In this document: positions 28,171 to 37,558 of the stretch, piece by piece | How positions within the stretch are numbered: position 1 is the stretch's first letter | Layout of the letters: each line of letters opens with the position of its first letter | From: Candidatus Latescibacterota bacterium | GTDB taxonomy: Bacteria; Latescibacterota; UBA2968; UBA8231 | Direction of reading: 5' to 3' | Assembly (NCBI GenBank): GCA_965203175.1 | Contig: OZ241867.1 | Span: forward strand, 2,912,001-2,976,000 | Length of the DNA: 64,000 bases | Program-made: the position numbers and the translations under genes | Notes under the pieces: model-generated | Database searches by the model: none | What the model was told of the DNA's origin: nothing | What the model saw: only the letters and a program-made list of their open reading frames with translations

Positions 28171-28545
28171 GTGAGTGAGCACCATCCGTCGCCAGAGCGT
28201 CCGTATCCGTTAGATCACGAGGGGCGCATCGCCCGACTAGAGGGCATTGTCGAGCAAATCGACGTGCGGCTAGGTCGCATCGAAACCAAAATCGACGCCA
28301 TTCGTGCGGAATTCGACGGTAAGATTGACGCTACCCGCGAGGCGCTTGACGGTAAGATTGACGCCACCCGTGAGGCGCTCGACGGTAAGATTGACGCTAC
28401 CCGCGAGGCACTCGACGGTAAGATTGACGCCACCCGCGAGGCACTGGAAACCAAAATTGACCGATTATACCGCTGGGTTGTACCGCTCCAGATAACGACG
28501 ATCTTGGCGATTGCCGGGCTGGCGTTCAAGGCGTTTAGCGAATAG
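28171..28545 (+). CDS. KID-repeat coiled-coil protein with a C-terminal membrane anchor (Bdr/DUF1640-like)
   Basis: RBS GAGGAGG; (DGKIDATREAL)x4; C-terminal WVVPLQITTILAIAGLAF. Confidence 0.75.
   Translation: MSEHHPSPERPYPLDHEGRIARLEGIVEQIDVRLGRIETKIDAIRAEFDGKIDATREALDGKIDATREALDGKIDATREALDGKIDATREALETKIDRLYRWVVPLQITTILAIAGLAFKAFSE
28315..28446. repeat. 33-bp in-frame tandem repeat, 4 copies, plus degenerate flanking units
   Basis: GACGGTAAGATTGACGCYACCCGYGAGGCRCTN at 28315, 28348, 28381 and 28414. Confidence 0.95.
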
Positions 28546-28604
28546 CACTGTTTAGTAAACTTGGTTCCCCATCTACTCGCACGTGAACGTCTGCGCTCCC
28601 TAGC

Positions 28605-30020
28605 TCATAAAAATAGTTCTTCCACCACCGTCCGAGCCTGTTCGACTACTGTTTCGAGGCTGCCGGGGGCGAGCTTGGCCCAGTAGGTAACGTCTTCGTT
28701 GGCCTCGTGTCCGCCTCGGGCATAGGCCGCCCGCGTCGGCAGGTAGCCGACATAGTGCGTGGTGAGGTGCGCTGGAAAGAGAAAAGGGGCTGCTGAGTTT
28801 GTTTTGAGCGCGAGTTGTCCTTCGACAAAAGGTTCTCCAGGCAGGCCGATTACGCCGAGGTCGCCGATGCGGAAAGCCTGGATCTCATAGAGGAACTCGG
28901 CGTCTCGCTGCCGGCATAGTTCGACGCTGTGGGTCGATGCGGCCCGGAACCAGTGCGGATCCACTTCGCCGTTTGCGCCGCGCGGCGGTTGCGGATTCTC
29001 AGCGAGCATTGCGTCGACCTCGCGCAAGCGCTCGGCCGGAATATCGCGCAAGGGCAGGCCGATCTTTTCCATCTTACAATCCAATGCAGCGTCGTTGGCA
29101 AACGCCATATTGTGGACGATTCGTTCGCTCATCTGGGCCAATTCGCGCCCCATCCGCTGGTGATCCGGTCGGCAATCTGGATCGAAGGGATGCCAGGGGT
29201 TGATGTTGCCGCAACAGCCGTTGACGACCAACGGCACGGCGTCGGAGCCGAATAGCTGCTGCATCTGTCGCGTCCAAGCGCCAGGCCAATCCGCTGACAC
29301 GGCCCGGTAGGTCTCGGGATGCCCGAACGCATTGACCGGGTGACAGGTGTAGTGCAGAAGAAAGGCCAGCGGCTGCATCTCCATATCTTGAACGCAGCAC
29401 ACGCCGACTTCCGGGTCCATCGGCCCTTCGAGATAGCAGACATCCGCGATCCCAAACGGCTGCTGCTCCCGTCCCAGTGGCTTGGGCATGGCGATGGTGC
29501 CGTCCCGGCGTATGCCTCGGCGATTGAAGGCCAAATCCCCTAACACGCCGCGCCCCAAACCGATGCGCACAGGTTGCAGCTTACCCGTCGCTGCGACCGC
29601 AGCCTCCACTGCGGCGGCAGCGGCCCGGTCGCCGTAGGCGCGCTCGGCCCCGCGCAGATACTCGGTCTCCTCAGTGGTCTCCAATGGGAAATCTGGGTCC
29701 AGCATAAAATAGCCAAGGCTCGGGGCGGAATGCGTTTGGGTCGCCTGGACCATGATCGCCTCTGGTGAGATACCCGTTTGCTCGCCGATGGCGGTGCGGA
29801 TTTGGTCCGTGTAGTCGCCGGTGACAATGGTGAGATCCAAGATCACCATGCAGACGCGCCGCTCGCCCGCCTCAAAGACGATGGCCTTGGCAAAGAGTGG
29901 GTCCATCACGGCTTGGGCCGGACGGTGTTCGCCAGCTCCGCTGCCCGACAGATGTGTCCCCGCCGGTGGGGTAATGTCGATCATCGCCGCTCCGGCTCTT
30001 AGTAGGTTGGTCTCGTGCAT
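28605..30020 (-). CDS. Neutral/alkaline ceramidase-like hydrolase
   Basis: DITPP, DPLFAKA, TQTHSAP, YTCHP, SADWPG, LPGEPF, GYLPT. Confidence 0.75.
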   Translation of the reverse strand: MHETNLLRAGAAMIDITPPAGTHLSGSGAGEHRPAQAVMDPLFAKAIVFEAGERRVCMVILDLTIVTGDYTDQIRTAIGEQTGISPEAIMVQATQTHSAPSLGYFMLDPDFPLETTEETEYLRGAERAYGDRAAAAAVEAAVAATGKLQPVRIGLGRGVLGDLAFNRRGIRRDGTIAMPKPLGREQQPFGIADVCYLEGPMDPEVGVCCVQDMEMQPLAFLLHYTCHPVNAFGHPETYRAVSADWPGAWTRQMQQLFGSDAVPLVVNGCCGNINPWHPFDPDCRPDHQRMGRELAQMSERIVHNMAFANDAALDCKMEKIGLPLRDIPAERLREVDAMLAENPQPPRGANGEVDPHWFRAASTHSVELCRQRDAEFLYEIQAFRIGDLGVIGLPGEPFVEGQLALKTNSAAPFLFPAHLTTHYVGYLPTRAAYARGGHEANEDVTYWAKLAPGSLETVVEQARTVVEELFL

Positions 30021-30040
30021 GGCTTTTCCTTTCGGCGCAG

Positions 30041-31402
30041 CTAATAGCGCAATGCGGCGTTGTCCCACCGCAGCAGCGCATCCTGTGCCCGCCATTGGGG
30101 ATGCGCTTCATCGTGGGTGGCCACGTGCTGCAACCACTCGGCGCAGCGCGCATCCAAGGGACGCATACTCATCAGCGCGCCGAGGGCGTTAAAGCGCACA
30201 AAAGGCTCGGCATCGGTCAGCGCCTCTACTACCCGCTTCTCTGCACGGTGCGCTTCCTGGCCCCATAGCGCCAGCGCCTGTAGCGCATTGTGCCGCACCC
30301 AGACATCCTCGTCGTCTAGAGCGTGCTCCATATCGGACACTAGCGCTAGGCTTTCGCGGCCCAGATCACCCGCGATGTCCGCGGCCATCGCCCGCAGCCA
30401 CGGATCGGGGTCCGCCAGCGTCTCGCGCAGTGCATCCACGGCGACGCGGCCCGACGCACTCAGTGCTACCGCCGCCATCTCGCGCTCTTGCTCGTCTCCG
30501 TGGCGCATCCGGGCGACTAAAGCCCGCGCTCCGTCAACATCTACTTGCCCACCCAGACCATAGGCTGCCTCTAGAGCCTTGTGCTCCTGGTCCGACGCTA
30601 AATCTTGGAATAGCGACGGCAGCGATGCCGTGCCACCGAGCCGTTCGGCCCCGCGGCCGCTAAACCAGTTCCACATCGTCTGCCAAGTCTTGGGCAGGCA
30701 CAACAAGCGCCCGTCGGGGAGTGCTGACCATTGGTGTGCGGTTGCAGCAAAATCGGGATTGTAGTCGGCTGCGGCCTGCCAGCTAGGCCTTTGCGGTTCA
30801 CCTCGGCGGTCGAAGACAAATTTGAGCATAATCCGCTCGGTGTCGCTCGTATTAGCTCCGGCCCGGTGCCAAGAAGAGAAATGGCAGATGGCCATCACCC
30901 CGGCGTCGCCCTCGACTCTGCATTCCAAGGTCTCCATCGCTTCAGGCCGCTGCCGATAGTACTGTGACCCAGGTACCACGGTTGTCGGCCCCAATTCTTT
31001 GGGCACTGCATGTGGGAAGTACACCAGCAACACCTTGCGCGGCCGGTGTCCATAGCGCCAGGGGCGGGTCCAGCCCCGCAGGGCCCGGGGCGTTCCGTCT
31101 TGGTGAAACCCGCCGGCTGCTTGGCCGGGTTGGGTCAGGTGGGCATGGCGGTGGCAGAGCATGTGATAATCCACACCTAAGATGCTCGTCAGCGCTCCCA
31201 CCACCTGCGGGTGAGACAATACCTGCGCCAGTGCCGGGATTTGCTCGTAGATGGCGTTGCCGGGATTTTTGCCTTGGACAAAGGCGGCGCGGGTCTGCGC
31301 GCAAACCGCTCGATGTATCTCCGCGTCGATAGCGGGGTGGAAGATGTGGTACCCCCGCGCGATAAAGGCGAGTATCTCGTCGTCGTTGAGTCGAAAGTCC
31401 AC
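30041..31402 (-). CDS. Phytanoyl-CoA dioxygenase (PhyH)-like domain fused to HEAT repeats
   Basis: FHQD, GPTTVVPGSQ, WHRAGAN; LADPDPWLR, LDDEDVWVR and LTDAEPFVR repeats. Confidence 0.8.
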   Translation of the reverse strand: MDFRLNDDEILAFIARGYHIFHPAIDAEIHRAVCAQTRAAFVQGKNPGNAIYEQIPALAQVLSHPQVVGALTSILGVDYHMLCHRHAHLTQPGQAAGGFHQDGTPRALRGWTRPWRYGHRPRKVLLVYFPHAVPKELGPTTVVPGSQYYRQRPEAMETLECRVEGDAGVMAICHFSSWHRAGANTSDTERIMLKFVFDRRGEPQRPSWQAAADYNPDFAATAHQWSALPDGRLLCLPKTWQTMWNWFSGRGAERLGGTASLPSLFQDLASDQEHKALEAAYGLGGQVDVDGARALVARMRHGDEQEREMAAVALSASGRVAVDALRETLADPDPWLRAMAADIAGDLGRESLALVSDMEHALDDEDVWVRHNALQALALWGQEAHRAEKRVVEALTDAEPFVRFNALGALMSMRPLDARCAEWLQHVATHDEAHPQWRAQDALLRWDNAALRY

Positions 31403-31439
31403 CGGCCGTCCTCCTCGTCAGTTGTCTATGGTTGTCGCG

Positions 31440-32393
31440 CTATTCACTCTCCATCCGCGCCGCCTCTAATACGGCTTGCAAATCCTCCGTCAGCGGCGCG
31501 GTAAACTCCATCATCTCTCCGGTAGTCGGATGCGCAAAGCGCAGTTTTTTGGCGTGCAGAGCTTGGCGTTTGATCAAGCTCAGCATCCAGTTGGCTTGGC
31601 GTCGGTATTCGGGGCGAACCCCTCTGGCTTGGTCGCGGCCTCCGTACACGGGATCGCCGAAGACCGGATGGCCGATATGGGCTAGGTGTACGCGGATTTG
31701 GTGGGTGCGTCCGGTCTCTAAGCGGCATTCGACTAGGTTGGTAAAGGGAAAGCGCTCAGCGACCTTGAAGTTGGTGGCCGCGGTCCGACCGTCGGCGATT
31801 ACAGCCATCTTTTTGCGGTTCTTGGGATGGCGGCCAATCGGGGCCTCGATCCGGCCCTCGGCCTCCCGCATCCCTCCCCATACGAGGGCGAGGTAGCAGC
31901 GCTCAATCCGCCGTGCTTGCAGGCTGTGGGCGAGCCGTCGGTGGGCAGCGTCGCGCTTGGCCACTAGCAGCAAGCCGCTAGTTTCCTTGTCGAGTCGGTG
32001 GACGATCCCCGGCCGGAGCGCGCCGTTGATGCCCGATAGGTTGCGGCCGTGGTGCAACAGCGCATTGACGAGGGTGCCCTCGGTCGCGCCCGGAGCCGGA
32101 TGCACGGTCATGCCGGCCGCCTTGTTCACGACTATCAGATCGTCGTCTTCGTACGCGATGGACAGGGGCAGCGGCTCGGGACGCACGGTTGATGGCTCGG
32201 GCGCGGGCAGTTCGATGGCGATTTCGTCTCCGGGCTGGACCAAGTAGGCAGGGCGCGTCTTTTTGCCGTTGACGCGGATTGCTCCGGCCTTGATTAGTGC
32301 TTGGATGCTGCTACGCGAATGTTGGGGACAGTGGGTGCGGAGGAAAAGATCGAGCCGCTCAGCGGCTGATTCGACAGGGACGGCGAGGTCCAT
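31440..32393 (-). CDS. rluD: RluA-family 23S rRNA pseudouridine synthase
   Basis: S4 domain, GIVHRLDKETSG, GRTHQIRVH. Confidence 0.9.
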   Translation of the reverse strand: MDLAVPVESAAERLDLFLRTHCPQHSRSSIQALIKAGAIRVNGKKTRPAYLVQPGDEIAIELPAPEPSTVRPEPLPLSIAYEDDDLIVVNKAAGMTVHPAPGATEGTLVNALLHHGRNLSGINGALRPGIVHRLDKETSGLLLVAKRDAAHRRLAHSLQARRIERCYLALVWGGMREAEGRIEAPIGRHPKNRKKMAVIADGRTAATNFKVAERFPFTNLVECRLETGRTHQIRVHLAHIGHPVFGDPVYGGRDQARGVRPEYRRQANWMLSLIKRQALHAKKLRFAHPTTGEMMEFTAPLTEDLQAVLEAARMESE

Positions 32394-32399
32394 GGGAAT

Positions 32400-32906
32400 T
32401 TACTCCCGGGCGATTTCCTCTTCGGGCGCAAGGGAGGACGGCTGCTCTGGGTTGGCGTCCGTCTTTTCGCGGCGCGAGTAGCCCAAGACCAAGAGCAAGA
32501 CGCCGACGGTGACGAAGGAATCGGCGAAGTTGAAGATCGGCCAGCGCAAATCCCCGAGGCCGAAGTCGAAAAAATCCACCACTTCCCCCAAGTACAGGCG
32601 GTCGATGATGTTGCCCACGGCACCGCCTAATACTAGGCAGAGCGCTAGGCGCAAGAACCGCTCGTTTTCGGCGAGCGAGCGATAGAGGTAAATGAGGATG
32701 CCGAGCGCGAGGATCGAGAAGGCGGTGTGCAGAAGTGGGCTGCCCACGTTCAGCCCAAAGGCCGCGCCTGGGTTGTGGATGTAGGTCAGGCGGAAGAAGT
32801 CGCCCAATACAGGCTCGGACTGGTGCAGCGCCATGGAGCCGCGGACGATGAATTTGCTCGCTTGATCGATGGCCACGGCCAGTGGTATGATCCACAGGAA
32901 CGTCAC
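32400..32906 (-). CDS. lspA: Lipoprotein signal peptidase II
   Basis: NPGAAFG, GGAVGNIIDR, VVDF, FNFAD. Confidence 0.95.
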   Translation of the reverse strand: MTFLWIIPLAVAIDQASKFIVRGSMALHQSEPVLGDFFRLTYIHNPGAAFGLNVGSPLLHTAFSILALGILIYLYRSLAENERFLRLALCLVLGGAVGNIIDRLYLGEVVDFFDFGLGDLRWPIFNFADSFVTVGVLLLVLGYSRREKTDANPEQPSSLAPEEEIARE

Positions 32907-33307
32907 TCTAAGTCCGACTCTTCCTCGCGCTTGGACTTGCAGCTAATGCACTGGGTGGCGGTGGGCACAGCTTCTAGGCGGCCGCGGCCGATTGGCCCCT
33001 GGCAGATGCGGCAAATACCAAAGGTGCCGTCCTCGATGCGTTGCAGGGCCTCGTTTAAGTAGTCGATGTAATCGCCACCGCGCTGGGCGAGGAGCAGGGA
33101 TTTTTCCCGCTCCATGGCGTCGGTCCCGTGGTCGGCCATGTGCAGCGAGTAGGTTGAGCGATCCTCGGAGGCTGTTTCCCGGGCGTCGTTGCGCGAGGTG
33201 TTTTCGATGGCTTCGACATCATCCGAGGTCTGGGCGATTTTTTCGAGTAGCAATTTCTTAAAAAAATCGAGGTGTTCTTGGTCCATCTGATTGGGTTTGT
33301 TATCCAT
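32903..33307 (-). CDS. TraR/DksA C4-type zinc-finger protein
   Basis: HMADHGTD, CRIC...RLEAVP...CISC. Confidence 0.88.
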   Translation of the reverse strand: MDNKPNQMDQEHLDFFKKLLLEKIAQTSDDVEAIENTSRNDARETASEDRSTYSLHMADHGTDAMEREKSLLLAQRGGDYIDYLNEALQRIEDGTFGICRICQGPIGRGRLEAVPTATQCISCKSKREEESDLE

Positions 33308-33333
33308 TTTACTTTCACCTCTCTTCACTAGTG

Positions 33334-36300
33334 CTAGGCCTTGGCGATGGCAATGGTGCCGTCGTGGCCGTTGACCTGCCGCTCCTGTTGCAAGAGCGCC
33401 TCTTGGGGCAATTCTCCGGTGTGGAGGGCTAGCGCTAAGATTTCGGTGGCGATGTACGAGCTGTGCTGCCGAACCACTCCCTCCAGAGCGGTCGCGCCTT
33501 GTATCCAAACGTGGATGCGGTCGGCGACGTCTAGCCCGGCGTCTTTGCGCATGTTCTGTACGCGGTTGACGAATTCGCGCGCAGTGCACTCGGCGATCAG
33601 CTCGTCGTCGAGCTGGATGTCCAGCCCCACCCCGAGGTTGTTATCGATGGCTACCACCACGCCCTCTTTCTCCCGGCGCTGCACAGCGATGTCGGCCAGC
33701 CCGATCTCGCCGCCAGCCACGGAGAGCTGACCACCGCTTTCGAGGAGGTGTACATCCTCGGCCGTCAGGGTTTGGATGCGGGCGGCGACTTCTGGCATCC
33801 GCTTGCCGAAGCGCGGCCCTAGGGCGCGGAAGTCGGGCCGGTAGGAGACCTCGCTGAACTCGGTCTCGTCCTCCACCAACACTATTTCTTTGACGTTGAG
33901 TTCGTCGGCTAGCAGGTCGGTCATCTGCTCTAGCCCGTGGTGGCTGTGTCCGTTGGGGGGCAGGAGCCAGAGATGTCGCAGCGGCTGGCGCACTTTGAGT
34001 TCGTGCTTGCTGCGCAGCGAGCGGCCCAAGACCACGGCCCGCGTCGCCAGTTCCATTTGCTGCTCTAAGGCGGCGTCGCGCAAGTGCTCGTCGGCCTGCG
34101 GCATGTCGCACAGATGGACGCTTTCAGGTGCTTCGGGATCCACGCGGCGCACCAAGTTTTGGTAGATAATCTCGGTGATAAAGGGCAAGACCGGCGCCAG
34201 GGCTTTGATGAAGGTCACCAGCACCCGATAGAGGGTGTCGTACGCGGCCTCCTTGTCTTGGTCGTCTTCGGACTTCCAGAAGCGGCGGCGGCTGCGGCGG
34301 ATGTACCAGTTGGTCAGCTTCTCGATAAAGGCTACCATTGCCGGTACCGTGCGATAGAGCCGGTAGGCTTCCATTTCGGCGTTGAGGTCGTGGAGCAGGG
34401 TCTGCAACTCCGAAAGAATCCAGCGGTCGAGGCGGTGGTCGAGCGTCTGCGCGCGGTTCTCGTCTGGCGTCCAACCGTCAATGGTCGCGTAGGTGACGAA
34501 AAAGCTATAGGCATTCCACAAGGGGATGATGACATCGCGCAGGCTCTGCTTGATGCCCTCTTCGGTAAGGCGCATCTCCTCGGCCTTCATGGCCGGCGAG
34601 TTGAGCAGATAGAGGCGCAAGGCGTCGGCACCGTAGGTCTCGAGCATTTCAGCCGGATCGGGGTAGTTCTTCAAGCGCTTGCTCAGCTTGCGTCCATCGG
34701 AGGCGAGCAACATGCCACCGACGATGCAGTTGTGGAAAGCCGGCTTGTCGAACAGCGCCGCAGCCAAGATCGTCAGAGTGTAGAACCACCCTCGGGTCTG
34801 ATCGAGGTTCTCGGAGATAAAGTTGGCTGGGAAAGAAGCTTCAAAGTCCTCGCGCCGCCCAAAGGGGTAGTGGCTTTGCGCGTACGGCATGGACCCGGAC
34901 TCAAACCAACAGTCGAGGACTTCGGGCACGCGCCGCAGCGAGCCGTTCCCAGACGGCGCTGGGATCTCGAGGTCGTCGATGAAGTGCTTGTGCAAGTCGT
35001 CCACGTCGCGTCCGGTGAGTTCGCACAACTCCTGGCGGCTGCCGACGCACACGGCTTCGCCCGTTTCCTCGTTGCGCCAGATCGGCAGCGGCGTTCCCCA
35101 GTAGCGGTTGCGGCTGACGGCCCAGTCCGGTGCTGACTCAACGCCCTTGCCGAAGCGACCATTGCGGATGTGTTCGGGAATCCACCAGATCTGCTGGTTG
35201 GCGGCGAGCATCTTCTCCTTTACCTCGCCTTCGATTTTCACGAACCAAGTGGAGATCGTGCGGTAGATCAGGGGCGAGTCGCAGCGCCAGCAGAAGGGGT
35301 ACGAGTGCTCGATGGAGCCTTCGGAGAATAGCTGATCCAAGGCGCGCAAACGGCGGATGATGGGCGTATCGGTGTCCTTCACGAAAGTGCCCGCAAAGTC
35401 TGGGATCTCGTCGGTGAAGCAGCAGTCGGCGTCGATAGGGCAGACCACGGGCAAGCCTTCGGCCAGACCGAGTTGGTAATCGTCTTCGCCGAACCCAGGG
35501 GCAATGTGGACGATACCAGTGCCGTCGTCGGTGGATACGAAGTCGGCTGTTACGACGCGGAAAGCGCCCTCTTCGGCATGGCCAGCGAAGTAGTCGAACA
35601 GGGGCTCGTAGCGCAATCCGACGAGGTCTTCGACGGCGACTGGCGTTATCTCGGCGATTTCGCTGTCGTGCCGGCGGAAGAGATCTTCGACGAGGGAAGC
35701 GGCGAGGATCAAGTGCTCCCCGTCGCCGGTGGTGACGCGCACGTACTCGATGTCGCGGCCGACGGCCAAGCCCATGTTGGAGGTCAAGGTCCACGGGGTC
35801 GTCGTCCAAGCGAGCAGGGACAGTCGCTGCTCACCGAGGACGCGGAAGCGCACCGTGATTGACGGGTCCTGAGTGTCTTGGTAGCCTTGGTTGACCTCGA
35901 AGTTCGACAGTGGTGTCGCGCAGCGGGGACAGTAGGCGAGGGACTTGTAGCCCTCATAGACGAGTCCCTTGTCCCACAGCGATTTAAACACCCACCACAC
36001 GGACTCCATGAAATCGGGGTCCATCGTCCGGTACTGGTTGTCCCAGTCAACCCAGCGCCCGAGCCGCTCAATCAGCCTTTGCCACTCGGCCGTGTAGCGC
36101 AGCACCAAATCTCGGCAGGCCTCGTTGAACTGGGCTACGCCGTATTCTAGAATGTCGCGTCGCGACTGGAGCCCGAGCTGCTGTTCAGCTTCGTTCTCGA
36201 CGGGCAGGCCGTGACAGTCCCAACCCCAGCGCCGCTCGACTCGGTAGCCGCGCATCGTCCAGTAGCGGGGCACCACGTCCTTGGTAATGGACGCCAGCAG

Positions 36301-36489
36301 GTGTCCGTAGTGGGGCAGTCCGGTCGCAAAGGGTGGCCCGTCGTAGAACCGAAAGGGCCGCTCGACGGAGCGGGTATCGACGGACTTGCGATACAGGTTG
36401 CCGTCGCGCCAGAACTCGAGGATGTGGCGCTCCTGAGCGGGAAAATCGACTCGGGACGGAACCGGGGCAAAAGGGGTTTGGGCTGCCAT
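33334..36489 (-). CDS. ileS: Isoleucine--tRNA ligase (type 2)
   Basis: DGPPFATGLPHYGH, WTTTPWT, KLSKR, WYIRRSRRRFW; no C-terminal zinc finger. Confidence 0.97.
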   Translation of the reverse strand: MAAQTPFAPVPSRVDFPAQERHILEFWRDGNLYRKSVDTRSVERPFRFYDGPPFATGLPHYGHLLASITKDVVPRYWTMRGYRVERRWGWDCHGLPVENEAEQQLGLQSRRDILEYGVAQFNEACRDLVLRYTAEWQRLIERLGRWVDWDNQYRTMDPDFMESVWWVFKSLWDKGLVYEGYKSLAYCPRCATPLSNFEVNQGYQDTQDPSITVRFRVLGEQRLSLLAWTTTPWTLTSNMGLAVGRDIEYVRVTTGDGEHLILAASLVEDLFRRHDSEIAEITPVAVEDLVGLRYEPLFDYFAGHAEEGAFRVVTADFVSTDDGTGIVHIAPGFGEDDYQLGLAEGLPVVCPIDADCCFTDEIPDFAGTFVKDTDTPIIRRLRALDQLFSEGSIEHSYPFCWRCDSPLIYRTISTWFVKIEGEVKEKMLAANQQIWWIPEHIRNGRFGKGVESAPDWAVSRNRYWGTPLPIWRNEETGEAVCVGSRQELCELTGRDVDDLHKHFIDDLEIPAPSGNGSLRRVPEVLDCWFESGSMPYAQSHYPFGRREDFEASFPANFISENLDQTRGWFYTLTILAAALFDKPAFHNCIVGGMLLASDGRKLSKRLKNYPDPAEMLETYGADALRLYLLNSPAMKAEEMRLTEEGIKQSLRDVIIPLWNAYSFFVTYATIDGWTPDENRAQTLDHRLDRWILSELQTLLHDLNAEMEAYRLYRTVPAMVAFIEKLTNWYIRRSRRRFWKSEDDQDKEAAYDTLYRVLVTFIKALAPVLPFITEIIYQNLVRRVDPEAPESVHLCDMPQADEHLRDAALEQQMELATRAVVLGRSLRSKHELKVRQPLRHLWLLPPNGHSHHGLEQMTDLLADELNVKEIVLVEDETEFSEVSYRPDFRALGPRFGKRMPEVAARIQTLTAEDVHLLESGGQLSVAGGEIGLADIAVQRREKEGVVVAIDNNLGVGLDIQLDDELIAECTAREFVNRVQNMRKDAGLDVADRIHVWIQGATALEGVVRQHSSYIATEILALALHTGELPQEALLQQERQVNGHDGTIAIAKA

Positions 36490-36490
36490 G

Positions 36491-36784
36491 CTATTCGGCT
36501 GCGGGGAAGATATTGTTGAGGAAGACGACGACGAGTCTGAGCAGAAAAAACAGGACTATCGGCGTAAAGTCTATTCCGGTTGACCAGAAAAACCTCGGCA
36601 AGAAAGAGCGCACTGTATCGAGGGCCGGATCGGTGACGCCGCGCAGGAATTGGACGAGCGGGTTGTGGGGGCTGGGATTAAACCACGAAATCAGCACCCG
36701 GATGAGGACCACGTAGCTGTAGATCGTGATGAGACCAATGAGGAGGCCCTTGATGTCTGTAAAAAAACCGCCGAAATCGAACAC
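36491..36784 (-). CDS. yggT: YggT-family membrane protein
   Basis: RVLISWF.P...VTDPAL...GIDFTPIV. Confidence 0.88.
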   Translation of the reverse strand: MFDFGGFFTDIKGLLIGLITIYSYVVLIRVLISWFNPSPHNPLVQFLRGVTDPALDTVRSFLPRFFWSTGIDFTPIVLFFLLRLVVVFLNNIFPAAE

Positions 36785-36800
36785 GATTATCTCCTGTGCA

Positions 36801-37493
36801 TCAGGTCGGCCGCGGGCCGAAGATGGCTGTGCCGAGGCGCAATAGACTGGCCCCTTCGGCTATGGCGAGTTCAAAGTCGCCGCTCATGCCCATGGACAGG
36901 TAGTCCATGGACACGCCTGCAAATTCGCACTCGATGACTTTTTCGCCGAGTGCGCGCAAGGTCTGGAAGCAACCTCGGACTGTGGCCTCGTCCTCGCTGT
37001 GGGCGGCAATGGTCATCAAGCCGCGGATTCGCAAATGCGGCAGCGGCGCGAGGGCTGCGACTAGATCGACGAGCTGGTCGGGTGCCACTCCGGATTGGCT
37101 CAGGCTGCCGGACGTGTTTATCTGCAAGAGCACCTCGATGGTGCGGCCGGCCTGCTCGGCCCGGCGGCTGAGTGCCCTCGCTAACCGTGCGGAATCGACC
37201 GATTGCACGAGGTCGAAAAGCTCGACGGCCCGCCCGGCTTTATTCGTCTGCAAATGGCCGACGAAGTGCCAAGCGAGCGGTGCGGCAACCTGTGGGCGCT
37301 TGACCGCTGCTTCTTGGATGCGGTTTTCGCCTACTAGGCGCAAGCCGCAGGCGTAAGCGGCCTCGATTTCGCATGCACTGCGCGTTTTGCTGACAGCGAC
37401 GACCTCAATCGCGCTCGCTGCGCGCCCGCTGCGCTCGGCCGCCCGCTCGATGCGAGCGCGCAACAATTCCCAGTTTTCGCGAATGTGGTCCAT
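36801..37493 (-). CDS. yggS: PLP homeostasis protein YggS
   Basis: VAVSK, GENRIQE, WHFVGHLQTNK, LSMGMSGD, RLGTAIFG. Confidence 0.94.
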   Translation of the reverse strand: MDHIRENWELLRARIERAAERSGRAASAIEVVAVSKTRSACEIEAAYACGLRLVGENRIQEAAVKRPQVAAPLAWHFVGHLQTNKAGRAVELFDLVQSVDSARLARALSRRAEQAGRTIEVLLQINTSGSLSQSGVAPDQLVDLVAALAPLPHLRIRGLMTIAAHSEDEATVRGCFQTLRALGEKVIECEFAGVSMDYLSMGMSGDFELAIAEGASLLRLGTAIFGPRPT

Positions 37494-37558
37494 GAAAATA
37501 TTTAGACTATTAAAGATACGAATCAGCCTAGTCGGACACAAACGAGCAGCGGCTTGGC

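Noticed and set aside
28315-28446. 33-bp repeats as a CRISPR array
   Set aside because: Units are contiguous with no spacers, in frame, and vary only synonymously; no cas genes are present.
33334-36489. ileS as an acquired mupirocin-resistance gene
   Set aside because: It sits in a conserved housekeeping context (yggS-yggT-ileS-dksA-lspA-rluD), has host-like GC and a canonical HYGH motif.
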